Below are positions 13,205-26,239 of a DNA stretch of 64,000 bases, piece after piece (positions within the stretch are counted from its first letter, which is position 1; the number at the start of each line of letters is the position of its first letter). Source of the stretch: Octopus sinensis (lineage: Eukaryota); assembly GCF_006345805.1 (NCBI RefSeq), contig NC_043010.1:29140001-29204000 (forward strand), in the 5' to 3' direction. The position numbers and the translations under genes are program-made. Under the pieces are notes generated by a model. The model worked only from the letters and a program-made list of their open reading frames with translations. It ran no database searches and was not told the origin of the DNA.

Positions 13205-13393
13205 TATATATATATATATATACATATATACGACAGGCTTCTTTCAGTTTCCGTCTACCAAATCCACTCACAAGGCTTTGGTCGACCCAAGGCTATAGCA
13301 GAAGACACTTGCCCAAGATGCCACGCAGTGGGACTGAACCCGGAACCATGTGGCTGGTTAGCAAGCTACTTACCACACAGCCACTCCTGCGCC
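12946..13393 (-). mobile_element. tRNA-derived CORE-type SINE (octopus OR-like) with internal microsatellite
   Basis: Reverse complement of 53178-53623; pol III A/B boxes and ttgggcaagtgtctt CORE motif. Confidence 0.8.
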
Positions 13394-14659
13394 TATACTT
13401 ACCACATATATATATATATATTACATACACACACACATACACACATACACACATATGCATGTGTGTGTATGTGTGTGTGTGTGTGTAATATTATATCATA
13501 TTATAGTGTGTGTTTATAAAAAAGAATTACGTGTTTAAGAATTCGAAATTGGCCGAGGTGTCAGTTCTGTCCTGATAATAACACCCACACACGCATGCGC
13601 GCACGCTCGCATACGTACTTGTATATAAAAGCACGATTCTTCTCTCGTATAACTGGACAAACACGTATAATTGGACAATAACTTCAAGCTATAAAACCTT
13701 TTTAAGAACCTGTAAGTCTTGTTTTCTTTAATCTCCTCATACATACATGTATTACATATTTACGTTAATGTATATATATATAAGCCAACTTTTAGAATAG
13801 CTGTCCCCCATAAGTTCCAATTTTTCCCTTTTTGCTTGTTTGTTTGTTTGTTTACATAACGCATCTTTAAAGAATGGGAAGAAACATTTTCTAAAAACAC
13901 AATTCTTTTTCATTGATAACATTTAAACGTTTACTCCATCCCCTCCTCATGCCTTAACAACAGTTACCAGCATTAAATTTTTTCCCCTCATGTTATAGTA
14001 TTTCATATTCTGAAACGTGTATTCTGCACTTTTAGGGCAAAAAAAAAAATGTTTTAAATGTCGCCACTTATCATCATGCCTTTTAAATGTCGCCCTTATC
14101 ATCATGCCTTTGACACAACAACCATCACTAAAAAGATTTTAAAAAATTTTCCTTATTTTTCGACATTTAAAAAAAATATTCTGAAAACTTTAAAAATTCT
14201 TTAAAAAAACGTTAAAAATTCTTACTCCTCTCCCTTTTCAATGTATCTTTCACGATTGAAATGATTTTTTCTGTTTCGGTTTCGTTATTTTTTTTTATAT
14301 TGTAAATAAAACCTTTTTGTTTTTCTTTACGACATAAAAATAAAATTAAGAGAAGACAAGAATATATTAACACCTATCCTGTTTATAAGAACATAATTCA
14401 TATAAAATTAAAATTTATTTTTCTCATCTCCCACACAAGACAAATAGAAAAAAATGAACGGATATTTTCGGTTGCTGTCCTGTCACAACCTCACATAATT
14501 TTGAAATGTGTATTTTTCTGAACCATTTCAACCTAAATAGAAGCATGATCGCAGCCAACTCGCTTAACCTTTCGAATATGATGGAGAAATCGGTAATGGA
14601 GGGGCATGTTATCCCTAAAAGAAAATTATGAACAAAAACGATACGATATGAACAAGCAG

Positions 14660-15170
14660 ATGCTTTGCAGAGAAATTTAGTCAGTGCTCCCGAAAAGGAT
14701 GCAATGTATGCGTGTCTGTCAGAAAAGATACATGGGTAGGAGGTGGTACCTTTCCTCTTAGGATTGTTTTTTTTCCTTTCCTCATGGGCCAAGGAATTAA
14801 CTTCAGTTTGGTTTTGTGTTGAAGAACTGAGGGTGAGCCACTGCACAGCTGTTGATTACAACAGTTAAGCTCTCGAAATATGTGCAGAGGATCTGTTCCG
14901 CAATCCAGTTCAAATGGGCGGTTCTTGAGATAAACGAAACAGTATTCTCAACACGTAAATACAACCAAAGAATAGTGTGCTTGCTACCTGAACAGTGGGC
15001 TTTCGGAGTGCGTTGCGAAACCAGACATGTTTTTTTTTTTGTGGTATCATGTCGAAATAGTAACCAACCAGAAGAATGCATACGTCAGTTGGCTTTTTCA
15101 GGAACCACAATTTTCAGTGGCTTGCGGAGGGCCTACACGCACATTCCTGAAATTGATGGTTTTATGTAGT
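14660..15170 (+). mobile_element. Merlin (IS1595/ISXO2-like) DDE transposase remnant
   Basis: Translates QCSRKGCNVCVSVRKDTWV, VLEINETVFSTRKYNQR and EQWAFGVRCETRHVFFFVV...GTTIFSGLRRAY. These match the Merlin blocks VEIDESKFGKRKYNRG, QWVFGG.ERET and PGTTI.SD.WRAY, with the catalytic Asp residues lost. Confidence 0.75.
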
Positions 15171-15389
15171 GCAGGAATTACGAAAACTGTAATTTGTTTG
15201 AGGAGAAACTCCTACTTCTTATTTCAAACTTTGACATCCGTCAAATTTTAGGAGGAATAATGGGAAAAGTCTCGAAATCATTAGTTTGAGAAACATAATA
15301 TGTACTTTAATTATTTCTTTATAAACAACAAGAGTCACACACAAAACAAAGGACAGCAGTCGATTTGCATGTGAACAATTAACAAAATT

Positions 15390-16720
15390 CTAAACAAGGA
15401 AAATTTCCAATTAGGGGAAAACGCCATTTCTGAGTGACAGTACCATGCTCGTCACTCTTCCCATTTCTTGTCAGCCTGGAGATCTGAACCAGACCCCAAG
15501 CAATTTAACCTGCCCGTCCTTCAAATGCTCCACTATGTTGTTGGACAGTATGAATCTGCCTCTCCACCTGGCAAGCTGGCCTACCGACTTCTGGTAAATT
15601 TTTGCTCTCGTCAACACCTCGTAGTTACTCAGAGTAGTGCCAATCACTTCGATGTATTTCGTGTCTGAGACTGTCACGGTGACGTCATCCCTTTATACAA
15701 ACACGGATCTTCGGCATCCTAGGTTGCATGAGATGCACCTCGAAACCTCCAACTTTAACAGAAGTGGTTCCAGAGTCAGTATTTACAAAAGTAGAGTGAG
15801 GGTACAGCCTTGACTGACCGAGCACATGATACTAAACGTTTCTGACATTTAGATTCTACCACCGAGCAAATGTCTCTGTACATTGCAGCGATCAAGCCTT
15901 CTGGAGATGGGTTTGAGCTCAACCACCTTGAGGAATATTGATGGTCGACCCTATCAAACGCTTTCGACTGATTTAAACTGATCAGATATCCATCCCTGCC
16001 AAGTTCTTTACTTACCCTTTCTATGATGTATCGCGTGAGGTGGAGGTTTTTGTGGATAGATCTGCTTGTTATCACGCATGTCTTTTTGCAGAACAGACAA
16101 TTCTATCGTTCTTCTACCAGTCACAGTAGATATCTGTCAAGAAAGTCTCCGAATAAGCCTGGTGATAAAGATCGTAGGGCAGACCATCCAGTCCTGGCGA
16201 CTTCATTGCGCAGCCCGTTATCGCTTCCCGTATTTCGTCAGCTGTTATCGTCTTTTTCGCGGAACTCGCATCCTGAGCGGAGAGCCCCGGCAAGCCATCG
16301 TAATAAACGTTAAGTTCACATCTCTAGCTCACCACCAGCTTCAAACAGTTGAGCGATACGTACTAAAAATTCATCCACATTTGCTTGGGATAGTGTAGCA
16401 AGCGCCGCTCACGATCCGTCAATGACAAAACTGTGGTTTTGTTGCCGCGGTGCGCGTCTTGTCACATGGACCCACTGAAAGGCTTTCGTTCCCTCATGTT
16501 TTAGAGCATGCGCCTTCGCTTCGACAAACAACCTTCATGCTTAGAGTTGAAGAGTCGGTTTAGAGCAAATATTGTCGCCAACACGTCAGTTAAAATGTCT
16601 TTTCTAGGTGTCTCTTCTACGTTATTAAATAACACCCTCTACTCAAGAATTCTTGACCACTATTTCCTTACCAAACATTATCGATTCTAATCTAATAACT
16701 CTTTTCTGGGCTAATACCCA
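15390..16720 (-). mobile_element. L1/Tx1-like LINE RT fragment, degenerate
   Basis: IHKNLHLTRYIIERV...LISLNQSKAFDRVDHQY and VKLLGVWF, homologous to 6100-6900. Confidence 0.75.
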
Positions 16721-17129
16721 TCAGTGGTTGATGATTAACCCATTAATTACTTTTTCGACTAGTTTTCTAATCTGAGTTCTGTAAAATTGTCGTATCGGGA
16801 AAGGCACTTTCAGTTTCTAGTAACCGAGTCCCTGTGTATACAACCTATCTAGGTCGACCGTATATCCGTACAGATCACAAACCCGTGGTGTGTATAGCTG
16901 ATGACTTTGAATTGTGGACAACTTATGCTACTCCTATCTAATGGCCAACAGAATACACTATCTAGATAGGATTTGGATGACCCGGTGCTATTCGCAAATC
17001 GCATGCTGTCCTTTGTTTTGTGTGTGACTCTTGTTGTTTATAAAGAAATAATTAAAGTACATATTATGTTTCTCAAACTAATGATTTTGAGACTTTGAGA
17101 CTTTGCCCTTGTCTTCATGGGTGCATTCT

Positions 17130-17620
17130 GGAAATCCAGTCGGTACTTACTAGTCAGTTGGAAAATTGTGGTTCCTGGAAGAACCGACTGACATATACAT
17201 TCCTCTAGTGTGTCATGATTCCGACATGCGCCTCATAAAGAAAATCATGTCTGGTCTCGCGACGCACTTCTCTGAAAACCCAATGCTCAGGTAGCAAGCT
17301 GTAGAAAACGATTGAGCAGTTTTACACCAACCATCTCCTATCGGCTGTTCCAACACAATCCAGATGTGCATCTGAAATGTCGTTCCCACGAACACTATGA
17401 AAACCATCAAACGACCGAAGAAATTCGTCTGCCCCGCCCCAATTTGGACATACGCAGCGACTGGTGTAAAAGCACCACTTTCGCTAACTTTTGCGCCAAG
17501 GACCAACAGCTTACTGCCTTGGAAGATTGACCGTCTCTCTAGGACCAGGCTTTTCCGAAACAGTAGCGTCACTTCGAGTATGAGACGCGAAGATCTCAAA
17601 ATCGTTCAAATTGGGTGCTG
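17130..17620 (-). mobile_element. Second Merlin transposase remnant
   Basis: Across frameshifts reads ERRSIFQGSKL, LPEHWVFREVRRETRHDF and EECICQSVLPGTTIF. Nucleotide similarity to 14985-15130 is visible. Confidence 0.65.
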
Positions 17621-18544
17621 ATGTGCATGTCGGAAATACAGGTCTCACTGACAATTATCACATCCAAATCTGATAATATGAGGTCATTAAGCAGGTGACC
17701 CCGCTTCCAGTGTGACTCAAAGCCACGCTCATTTATGGTATCCACTCTTAAGATCGCCATATTGTTTGGAAAGAAGGCAAAAATACAAGAGGTAACCTAT
17801 CTTAAAGGTTTTCTGGTAAGCAGAAAATGTGTTTGCTAAATTTCATTTCTTATACGGGGTTTCTTTGGGAAACCTTTCAAAAACCCTTGTGAGGCCATGA
17901 AGTTTGGATTCCTAGCGTCATGTTAGAAGCTCTCATTTCCCTGTAACAACTAATTGGTGCTCATTTTTCCTCTGTTGGACTTTGCCTCGTAATCAATGTA
18001 TTTTGCAACTCCCTTTCTGCGGGTAAAATGCTGTTTTCATTAGCATTGCTGCTCTTTATGTTGTTTTTCTTAATGATAACGATGATATTGTTCTGTCTCT
18101 GCTCTCTAATGAAGCTGGTTGTGGAGTGAGGCCTTTACGTTACCTCCTCATTTAAGCAATTTGTGGGCGTTAACACCATCATAATTTCGAACGGAAAATA
18201 AAGAGACAATTGCAAAATAAATATTAGTACAATTGTGCTCACTTCATCCAGTGATGCAGGAGTGCTTAATTAACTAATGTGTAAATCAATTTCCGGATCT
18301 TTTCACTTTGACCGGCAGATTTTTAAAATAATTTCTATGTAACTAAAAATTTTAAACTTCGTATACTGGTAGAATGTGTTTATAAAACATCTTTTTCCCT
18401 TGACTTTCTTGAGAAAATTCTGTAGGTTGTAACATATTTGTTGTTTAATTTCTTGCATTTCGGCAATTTCAGCCAATCAATGACGTCTATTGAGGTGAAA
18501 ACAATTTCTGCCGTAACGATTCTGCCAGCTCGAGAGAAACGACA

Positions 18545-18880
18545 TCGAAGACCTAACTGGCACTCCGTCGGTTACGACAGCAAAGGTTCCAGTTGATCCG
18601 ATCAACAGAACCACCTCTTTGTTAAATTAAGTTGTAAGTCACTGAGCACTCTACAGACATGTGTACCCTGAACGCAGTTCTCAGGGATAGTCAGCGCGAC
18701 CCAGGATGTGACAGGGTTGACTCTTTGAATTACATGTACAATCCATTTTTACCTGCTGAGTGAACCGGAGCAGCTTGAAATAAAATGCCTTGCTCAAGGA
18801 TAAAACACACCGCCAGGAATCGAATTCACGACCTTACGATCTGGATCCGAACACCCTAACTACTAAGCCACATGCATTTA
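18545..18880 (-). mobile_element. tRNA-derived CORE-type SINE (family 2)
   Basis: On the - strand: tRNA-like head tggcttagtagttaggg...gaattcgattcc, followed by tccttgagcaaggcatt. Confidence 0.65.
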
Positions 18881-19219
18881 CTATCAAATATATCGTAAAC
18901 CTAAATAGCTTATTTATAGAATACTTCGATCTTTAACCCTAGAAAACATTTTAAACAGTTATATAAACACATGAATGTGACCAGACTGGTCCAACTCAAA
19001 TTTTCATAAAAAAATATATACAAAACATAAAAAAATTAATTTACATTGTTCAAACACAAAATTGTCTCATCTCTTTGGCTTTCATTTGCAAAAATATGTT
19101 ACTTTTGACGACTAATTCAACTCGTTTTCTTTTTACCTGAAGGATAAACCCCGAAAAATTCTGGTGAGTAACTTGTTTTTTTCCTTCTTTTGGATACTGA
19201 AATTATTTCTTCAGGTTCT

Positions 19220-19456
19220 TCAAGTTTTTCAGCCAGCATTTTAAGAAATTCGCGTCTAGATTGAAATTTGCTCTGTTGTTTCAATTTTGGGTGCTTTCCA
19301 ATATATAGCTAAAAAAACAAAAACAAAAAAAACACTGTATGCTGCTATATCAATGAGGTTGAAAAACACAGCCATTGACCATCTTCGTGTGGCTCGTTTC
19401 ACCGAATAGTATCTAATCAGCTTGTCAAGTATGTTAACTCCTCCTTTTCATTCAGG
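19220..19456 (-). mobile_element. piggyBac (PGBD4-like) transposase C-terminal remnant
   Basis: Translates KGGVNILDKLIRYYSVKRATRRWSMAVFFNLIDIAAYSV, then SRREFLKMLAEKL; matches the piggyBac block GGVD..D.....Y...R.TRRW...FF..IDIA. Confidence 0.75.
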
Positions 19457-19769
19457 TGGACTGGATTATATCCAATGCTTCAAAAGAATTCATATTTTTT
19501 CAATTTCAGAGTTATCAAAAATATTTCGGTATATAAATAGGGTAGGGGAACACCTAGATTTTAGAAGTCCTCGAACTCGAGAACATGCTTCTTGATATGA
19601 ATTTATTCTTTTTATCTACAGACTAAAACATATTATTGACAGGACCAGAGCGGTCCAGTCTGTTCCCATTGAACTTTAAAGCTCAAACACAAAACGAAAA
19701 ATCAATGTACAATGATTTAAATTAAACAACTTTTTTATATTAGAAAAATATGGCTTCAACACAAAGGAG

Positions 19770-20464
19770 GGATCTTTACCTTTTGACCGGCAGATTTAGA
19801 AAATAATCTTTTGTAACTAAACACGTTTAAACTTCGGACACTGGGAGAATTTGTCATATAAAACATCTTTTACTCTTAGCATTTTTGAGAAAAACTTATA
19901 TTTACGAAGTTATTTCACGTTTAAGTTCTCGTATTTCGATAATTTCAACCAATCAATGACGTGTATTCAGCTGAATAAAATTACTGCCGTTGTTTCTCAA
20001 CAAGTACTTCCAGCGGTGTATTTTTCGTTTGTCGCTGTTATTTACGACATCGTTTGTGCGTTTGTATTGGTTTTAAGGTTTTAGGGTTAGGGTTCGGTTT
20101 TAGGGTTGGGTTTAGGGTTAAGATTTTAGGGTTAGGGTTATGGTTAAGGTTTTAGGGCTAGGGTTAGGGTTTTAGGGTTAGGGTTGTCATAAATAACAGC
20201 AACAAACGAAATATACACCGCTAGAAGTTCTTGTTGACAAACAACAGCAGTAATTTTATTCAACTGAATACACGTCATTGATTGGTTGAAATTACCGAAA
20301 TACGAGAACTTAAACGTGAAATAACTTCGTAAATATAAGTTTTTCTCAAAAATGCTAAGAGTAAAAGATGTTTTATATGACACATTCTACCGGTGTCCGA
20401 AGTTTGGAAGTGTTTAGTTTCAAAAAATTATTTTTTAAATCTGTAGGTCAAAAGGTAAAGATCC
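19770..20464. mobile_element. MITE with 280-bp TIRs, 8-bp TSD and telomeric-repeat core
   Basis: Arms 19770-20049 and 20185-20464 are inverted copies starting GGATCTTTACC; TSD caaaggag at 19762-19769 and 20465-20472. Confidence 0.88.
20069..20185 (+). repeat. Interstitial telomere-like array (TTAGGG and variants)
   Basis: Ten exact TTAGGG units plus TTTTAGGG, TTAAGG, TTATGG and CTAGGG variants. Confidence 0.9.
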
Positions 20465-21214
20465 CAAAGGAGCGCTGTGGTCAATTCCATGTTTCTGAGT
20501 TTTAAATACGCTCATTATAAAAATATTGAATGACGGGAGACTACGAAATTAATGTGTCTCATAAATAAACTTTAGTTTTCACCTGTCTTCGATTCTTTGT
20601 CAATATCCATGCAATATGCTACTTTTCTTTTTATTTCTAAGTAAATATGTACATCATGTTTCACGCTTGTATTTGTTCACAATTGGGAAATAAGATCACC
20701 GGAAGTTTCTGAGTTCAATCCTCACTAAATGTAGCATTTCGAAAACAGCGCAACATCAAGGAGGCATGATCTAGGTAGGATCGACTTCCTTAGATTGTCA
20801 AAAACTAAAAGGCCAAAACGCTTTTTCCTCTGAATGCACCTCGTGCTTTATGCTCGCCCCGAAGCGAGTTTCTGCTTGCTAAGAAAGCGTAACAAAAGTA
20901 AATACTATCATAAGAAACTCCATTTAAGATCGTTTTCTACATTTGGTCTTTCAAGCTGACAGTATTTGAATTATTAGGCCATTTAAACTCGGCTTTTTTG
21001 CGTTCAGTTTTATGGTTGGTACCCGTCTACAAATGGATCTTCATCTGCATCTCCTGGTTGTAAAAAGTAACGCAAATGTTATTTGTTGGATTCTCATTAA
21101 TTAACCTAGGCTTCATTATCTTTTCATGCAATTTACCTAAATTAAAAATAATTATATATATATATACATTCCTACACTTTACCTAAATTACAAATAATTA
21201 TATATATATATAAT

Positions 21215-21278
<64 letters not shown>

Positions 21279-21531
21279 ATTATTCACATAAAAATATCGT
21301 GTCCATTAGAACACATTAAGAGGCTTCCAAATAGGAAAGCCTTGTGCTAGAAAGAGCAGTAGAAAACTCAAACCACTAATTATGGATAAATTCTCGAAAG
21401 GCTTGAAAATTAAAAACGTTTACCATCAATCCTTTCGAGAATTTATCCATAATTAGTGGTTTGAGTTTTCTACTGGCTTTCTAGCACAAGGCTTTCCTAT
21501 TTGGAAGCCTCTTAATGTGTTCTAATGGACA

Positions 21532-21611
<80 letters not shown>

Positions 21612-22329
21612 TCCTACACCTGCACACAATAAGTATACGTATATCAAGAGATATGTATCAACGGACATATATCTTTTTTTATATCCTGATGTTGGATATA
21701 TAATTCAACGAAGTAGAGGGAAATAAAGTATTCAAATGATGCAATACTATTACTGTTACACGAGGTTAAACGCTCTCTGCCAACGACTCACAGTGAACTG
21801 CTTACCCTCAATTGCTGACTGTTCTTTATTTTATACCAATATGTCAGTCCGTTTTTAGTCACTTCTGGGTGGTCGGAATCCTTCCACAACATCTTCCCTT
21901 TTTAGAATATCTCTTACGCTTAGGGTTTAATTTCAGTATCTTCGCTCTTTTCAGATTTCTGTTGCTAGAACGTTTAGTTTCAAATTGTTTGGGTGTTGAT
22001 ACCGCAAACGTGTTGTACAAAACTTCCATAGGGATTTCATTTCTCGTGAATCTTTTCTTAAGTTAGTTAATATTTCTTTTATGTTCGATATTTTTCTTTT
22101 ACCAGGAATAGCATTCTTCCAATTTGTTTAATAATTACACCGTCTTCCCAAGCTTTCTTTACCATATCTATAAGTTTTTAAAAAATTTGTCACCTAACTT
22201 GAAGTATTTTTGTTGTTCAACTTTTTCTATTTTCATTCGGTATCACCTTACCAAAAACGGAACTGATCTTCCTAGTAAACATCAATTCTACGGGTGACAT
22301 TCCAGATGGGGTATTCGGATTAAATGTTA

Positions 22330-23030
22330 CTCGCTTACTCTTAGAAATTGTTGAAGTGCAAGGCCGTCCATTACTTCATTGTTCGCCTTTTTAATGCCCT
22401 TTTGAAAGTGTCCACAAAATGCTCCGCTTGTCCGTTTAACTTAGGATAATATGGCGGAGTGGTGATATGTTCGATAACAAACATTTTACAAAATTTTATG
22501 AACTCGACTGACGGAAATTGAGTTCTATTATCTGACACAATGATATCAGGAATACTATGTCTGGCGAACAATTCGTGTAAAAAAAGTTTCTGTAACTGCA
22601 GATGTCGGCTTTTTACATTTATGCACTTCAGACCACGTTAAAATACTGTTCACCGCAACAAGGTAATATGAACCCTTAAGTAGACCTGCGTTATCATCAT
22701 GCAGTCAGGACCATGGCACATCTGTTTTTGGCCACGGTTGCCATTTAGTGGTAGGTGCTTTTGCAGGTAGGGCACACCCTCTGCATGCTTTTACTAGTTC
22801 TTCAGTATCACAGTCAATTGTTGGCCAATATACATAACTTCTCATCAACGATTTCATTCTCGAAATCATTAAGTGACCAATGTGAAATTCCGTTAGTAAT
22901 CGCTTCTGTAGTGTGGCTAGCACTACGACCCTTTGTGCGTACAACACAATGTTACACATTGAGAATGGATTCGCATTTGTTTTGCGCATATTTTTATCTC
23001 TTTTAGTCAACTGTAATTCTTTCATCTTTT
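22330..23030 (-). mobile_element. Ty3/Gypsy LTR retrotransposon integrase remnant
   Basis: FHIGHLMISRMKSLMRSYVYWPTIDCDTEELVKACRGC (HHCC domain) and IPDIIVSDNRTQF...PKLNGQAEHFVDTFK (core domain). Confidence 0.85.
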
Positions 23031-23339
23031 AATGAATTTATCCTTTTCCGATTTTAATTTTATGTCTTGTAATGTGACTGGCAGTTCACGTATAACGTCA
23101 CAGAAAACTGTTTTACTTCATTTTCCACTCAAACGCAACAATCACGGTATCTTCAAATGGTTCAGCATTTTTTTAAAGCAGTCTTGATAAACAATCAGCG
23201 TGTTGATTTTTAAAATGAGAATATCTGAAATAAACTCGACTGTTCTCACAAACGAGAATACTAAAAATAAACACGATCGCTCTCGAAAATTAAGTAAAAA
23301 AAAACAGAAAAATAATTTAGAATCGTTGTCCAGCACCTA

Positions 23340-23503
23340 ATCGATCCCAAAATCTAATTATTTTCTGCCAGTCACGAGGCCAAACATCTCTGAAAGTTTC
23401 ATCCGAATCCATTCAGCAGTTCTTGAGATATCTTGTCCAGGGACAAACAAGCAAACACGGCTGAAAACAATACTCCGCCTTCGCTAAGGCGATGGTAATA
23501 ATA
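23340..23503 (-). mobile_element. Partial copy of the non-autonomous DNA element at 58165-58512
   Basis: Shares gtcacgaggccaaa, gaaagtttcatccgaatcca and cttgagatatcttgtcc with the reverse complement of 58165-58330. Confidence 0.7.
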
Positions 23504-24165
23504 TAGTACCCCAGCATGGCAGCCTATTAGTGATTAATACATGCGGAGGACAGCTAACCACCCAGAAACTCGAGTCTTTGTGTATCACGTAAGGCTATAG
23601 ATGGGAGCGATGACCTCCCCTCGCAAATACTAATCAGACACAGAAGGTATGTCGTTAGCCAGCTGGAAGAGGTGTCTTGCTGGGGCTATATATATATATT
23701 AGTAGCGCTGTCATTTATAGGACGGCACACTTGGTTGGCAATTATATGCTACGATTCCATATTGCTACTGTTTATATCACGGTCAGAGATTTAATATAGC
23801 TTATTTCTCCTTTCTCGAGATCATTAACAGTTTGTAGCTGGAAAAAGCATATAGTATGTTGCCAGTAGAATGGGTTTTCATGACTAGCTGGTGATTAACA
23901 CACGCTGAGGGCGGGTAACTACCCAGAAACTCGAATCCGTGTGTATCACGTAAGGTTAGAGGTGGGAGCGATGACTTCCGCTCGCAAATACTAATCGGAC
24001 ACAGAAAGTGTGTCGTTAGCCAGCTGGAAGAGATATCTTCCTGGGTCTATATAAGTCAGAATCACGATCCGTTATAGGACGCCACACTTGGTTGGCAATT
24101 ATATATATATGTGTGTGTGTGTGTATGTACGTATGCATATATGTATATATGTATACATATATATA

Positions 24166-24241
<76 letters not shown>

Positions 24242-25148
24242 GTGTGTGTGTGTGTGTGTGTGTATGTGCATGTATATGTATAGAGTGTCAGGTACTTTGT
24301 CCAGAAACTGAATATTGAGAAAAGAAGTCGTCAGAATTTTGGAAAAAATCTTTTATTTCTTCATTATTATTAGCACTTTCGTTCGTTTCTCGAACTCGTC
24401 AAATAAAATTTTGTGAATGTACAAACAGCTTGTTCATTTATATAAAACAGATTTTTGGGGTGGGTGTTGTTTAGAAGAGAACATTGTTTTTGTTTTTTAG
24501 GGGTGTGAGGCTTCATGATAATGGAGACGGATAGCTATTAATATATGTAGGTAGATAGGCTGATAAACAGATAGATAGATTAGATAGCTAGATAGATAGA
24601 TAGGTAGATAGGTAGGTAGAGGGAGAGAAAGAGAAGTGGGAGGCGATCCCCCTTCCTATTCACCATTCACTTATTCATTTATTTATTAAGTCATTTACCA
24701 TTTGTGTGTGTGCGTGTGAGTGAGTGCGTGTGTGTGTGTGAGTATGTGTGTGTGTATGCGCGCGCGTAGTGTATGTGTTTGGGAACATGTCCATGTTTCT
24801 ACTGTGTAACTTCGATCACGCCTCTTTCAATTTCACGCTTTTGCATTAGGGAACATTAGTATAACACTTACAAACTAGAGGAACACGCAAAGCTCAAAAC
24901 ATCTCAATGCAATACATATACATCTGAATATTTACAGAGATGAGAATTACGTTTCCGATATTTTAGTTATGTTCAGAATATTATACTAATGTGTCCTTCT
25001 AATCTAATTAAATACTATATCTTTATGCAGCCGAAAATTGCTCTACATTTTAAATTGATGTAGTGAAATGATTGCATTGTTCAATTAAATGGAGTCGCAT
25101 GAAACGATCGTATTGCATTACCTCTGGATATCCTTGTCGCTTATTTTG

Positions 25149-25232
<84 letters not shown>

Positions 25233-25915
25233 TAAGGATGTTAGCGGTTGTGAATCCAACCATCTAAGGGATGATATCTACTACGATATACTGCTGGTAG
25301 AATACCCAATTATTAATACGCAAGTGTTTTTTTTAACGCATTGCAATTACATTACCGAGTGTACTTAATGGGTGAGGGTAAAGAGTTATTTTACCATTCA
25401 TTTATAGAGTAATAAGAAAATAGAGGGGATCAATAGGTGGTTCATCAATTTTTAGACATTATATTATGTCAACTTATATATTTATTTACTAAAATGACAA
25501 TTACAAAAATATACATACATGTAAAACATATTTTGCTTTACGTATAAAATATATAAAGATACCAGTAATTATTAAAATATATACCATACAGGAAGAGAAA
25601 TTGTGAAAATTACTTACAGCTGTTTCAGCCAAGAGGCAAAAATACCTCATTCTACCTTTATCCCTCCAGTAGACTGAAGTAATTAGTAGATGAAATTGAG
25701 GTACGTGGGTGGTTACTCTAGGCTTCGTCAGAGATTTTTGAAATTACCTAAGGTTAAGTTATAAATATAAATACACACACATTTACAAACGTATACATAT
25801 ACATATGCATACATATATAAATACACATAAATACATATACCTACACTGCATGTATAATAATACACAAGAATCAATTATTATTATTATTACTATTATTATT
25901 ATTATTATTATTATT

Positions 25916-26004
<89 letters not shown>

Positions 26005-26239
26005 TATTATTATTATTATTAGATGCATTATATTATTCATATTAGATAAAATATAAACAGAGGTATGAGAAAGTTATAAGAGGAGTAATATCGTAATTTA
26101 TAAAATCAATATAACTTAAAGTTATTTCAGTTGATCCTTGTGTTTGCTTATACATGCAAATATGTATGTGCATTCAAGTGTAGATATATGTATTTATGTA
26201 TATTTATATATGTATGTATATGTATAAGTATGTAAATGT

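Noticed and set aside
16800-17060. LTR-like segment ending in an AATAAA-like signal
   Set aside because: No second copy, TG...CA ends or TSD were recognised in the window.
20069-20185. True chromosome end or telomere fusion
   Set aside because: The array is short, degenerate, single-orientation and enclosed by TIRs with a TSD.
25783-26056. Poly-Met and poly-Ile ORFs
   Set aside because: Compound (ATT)n(ATC)n microsatellite.
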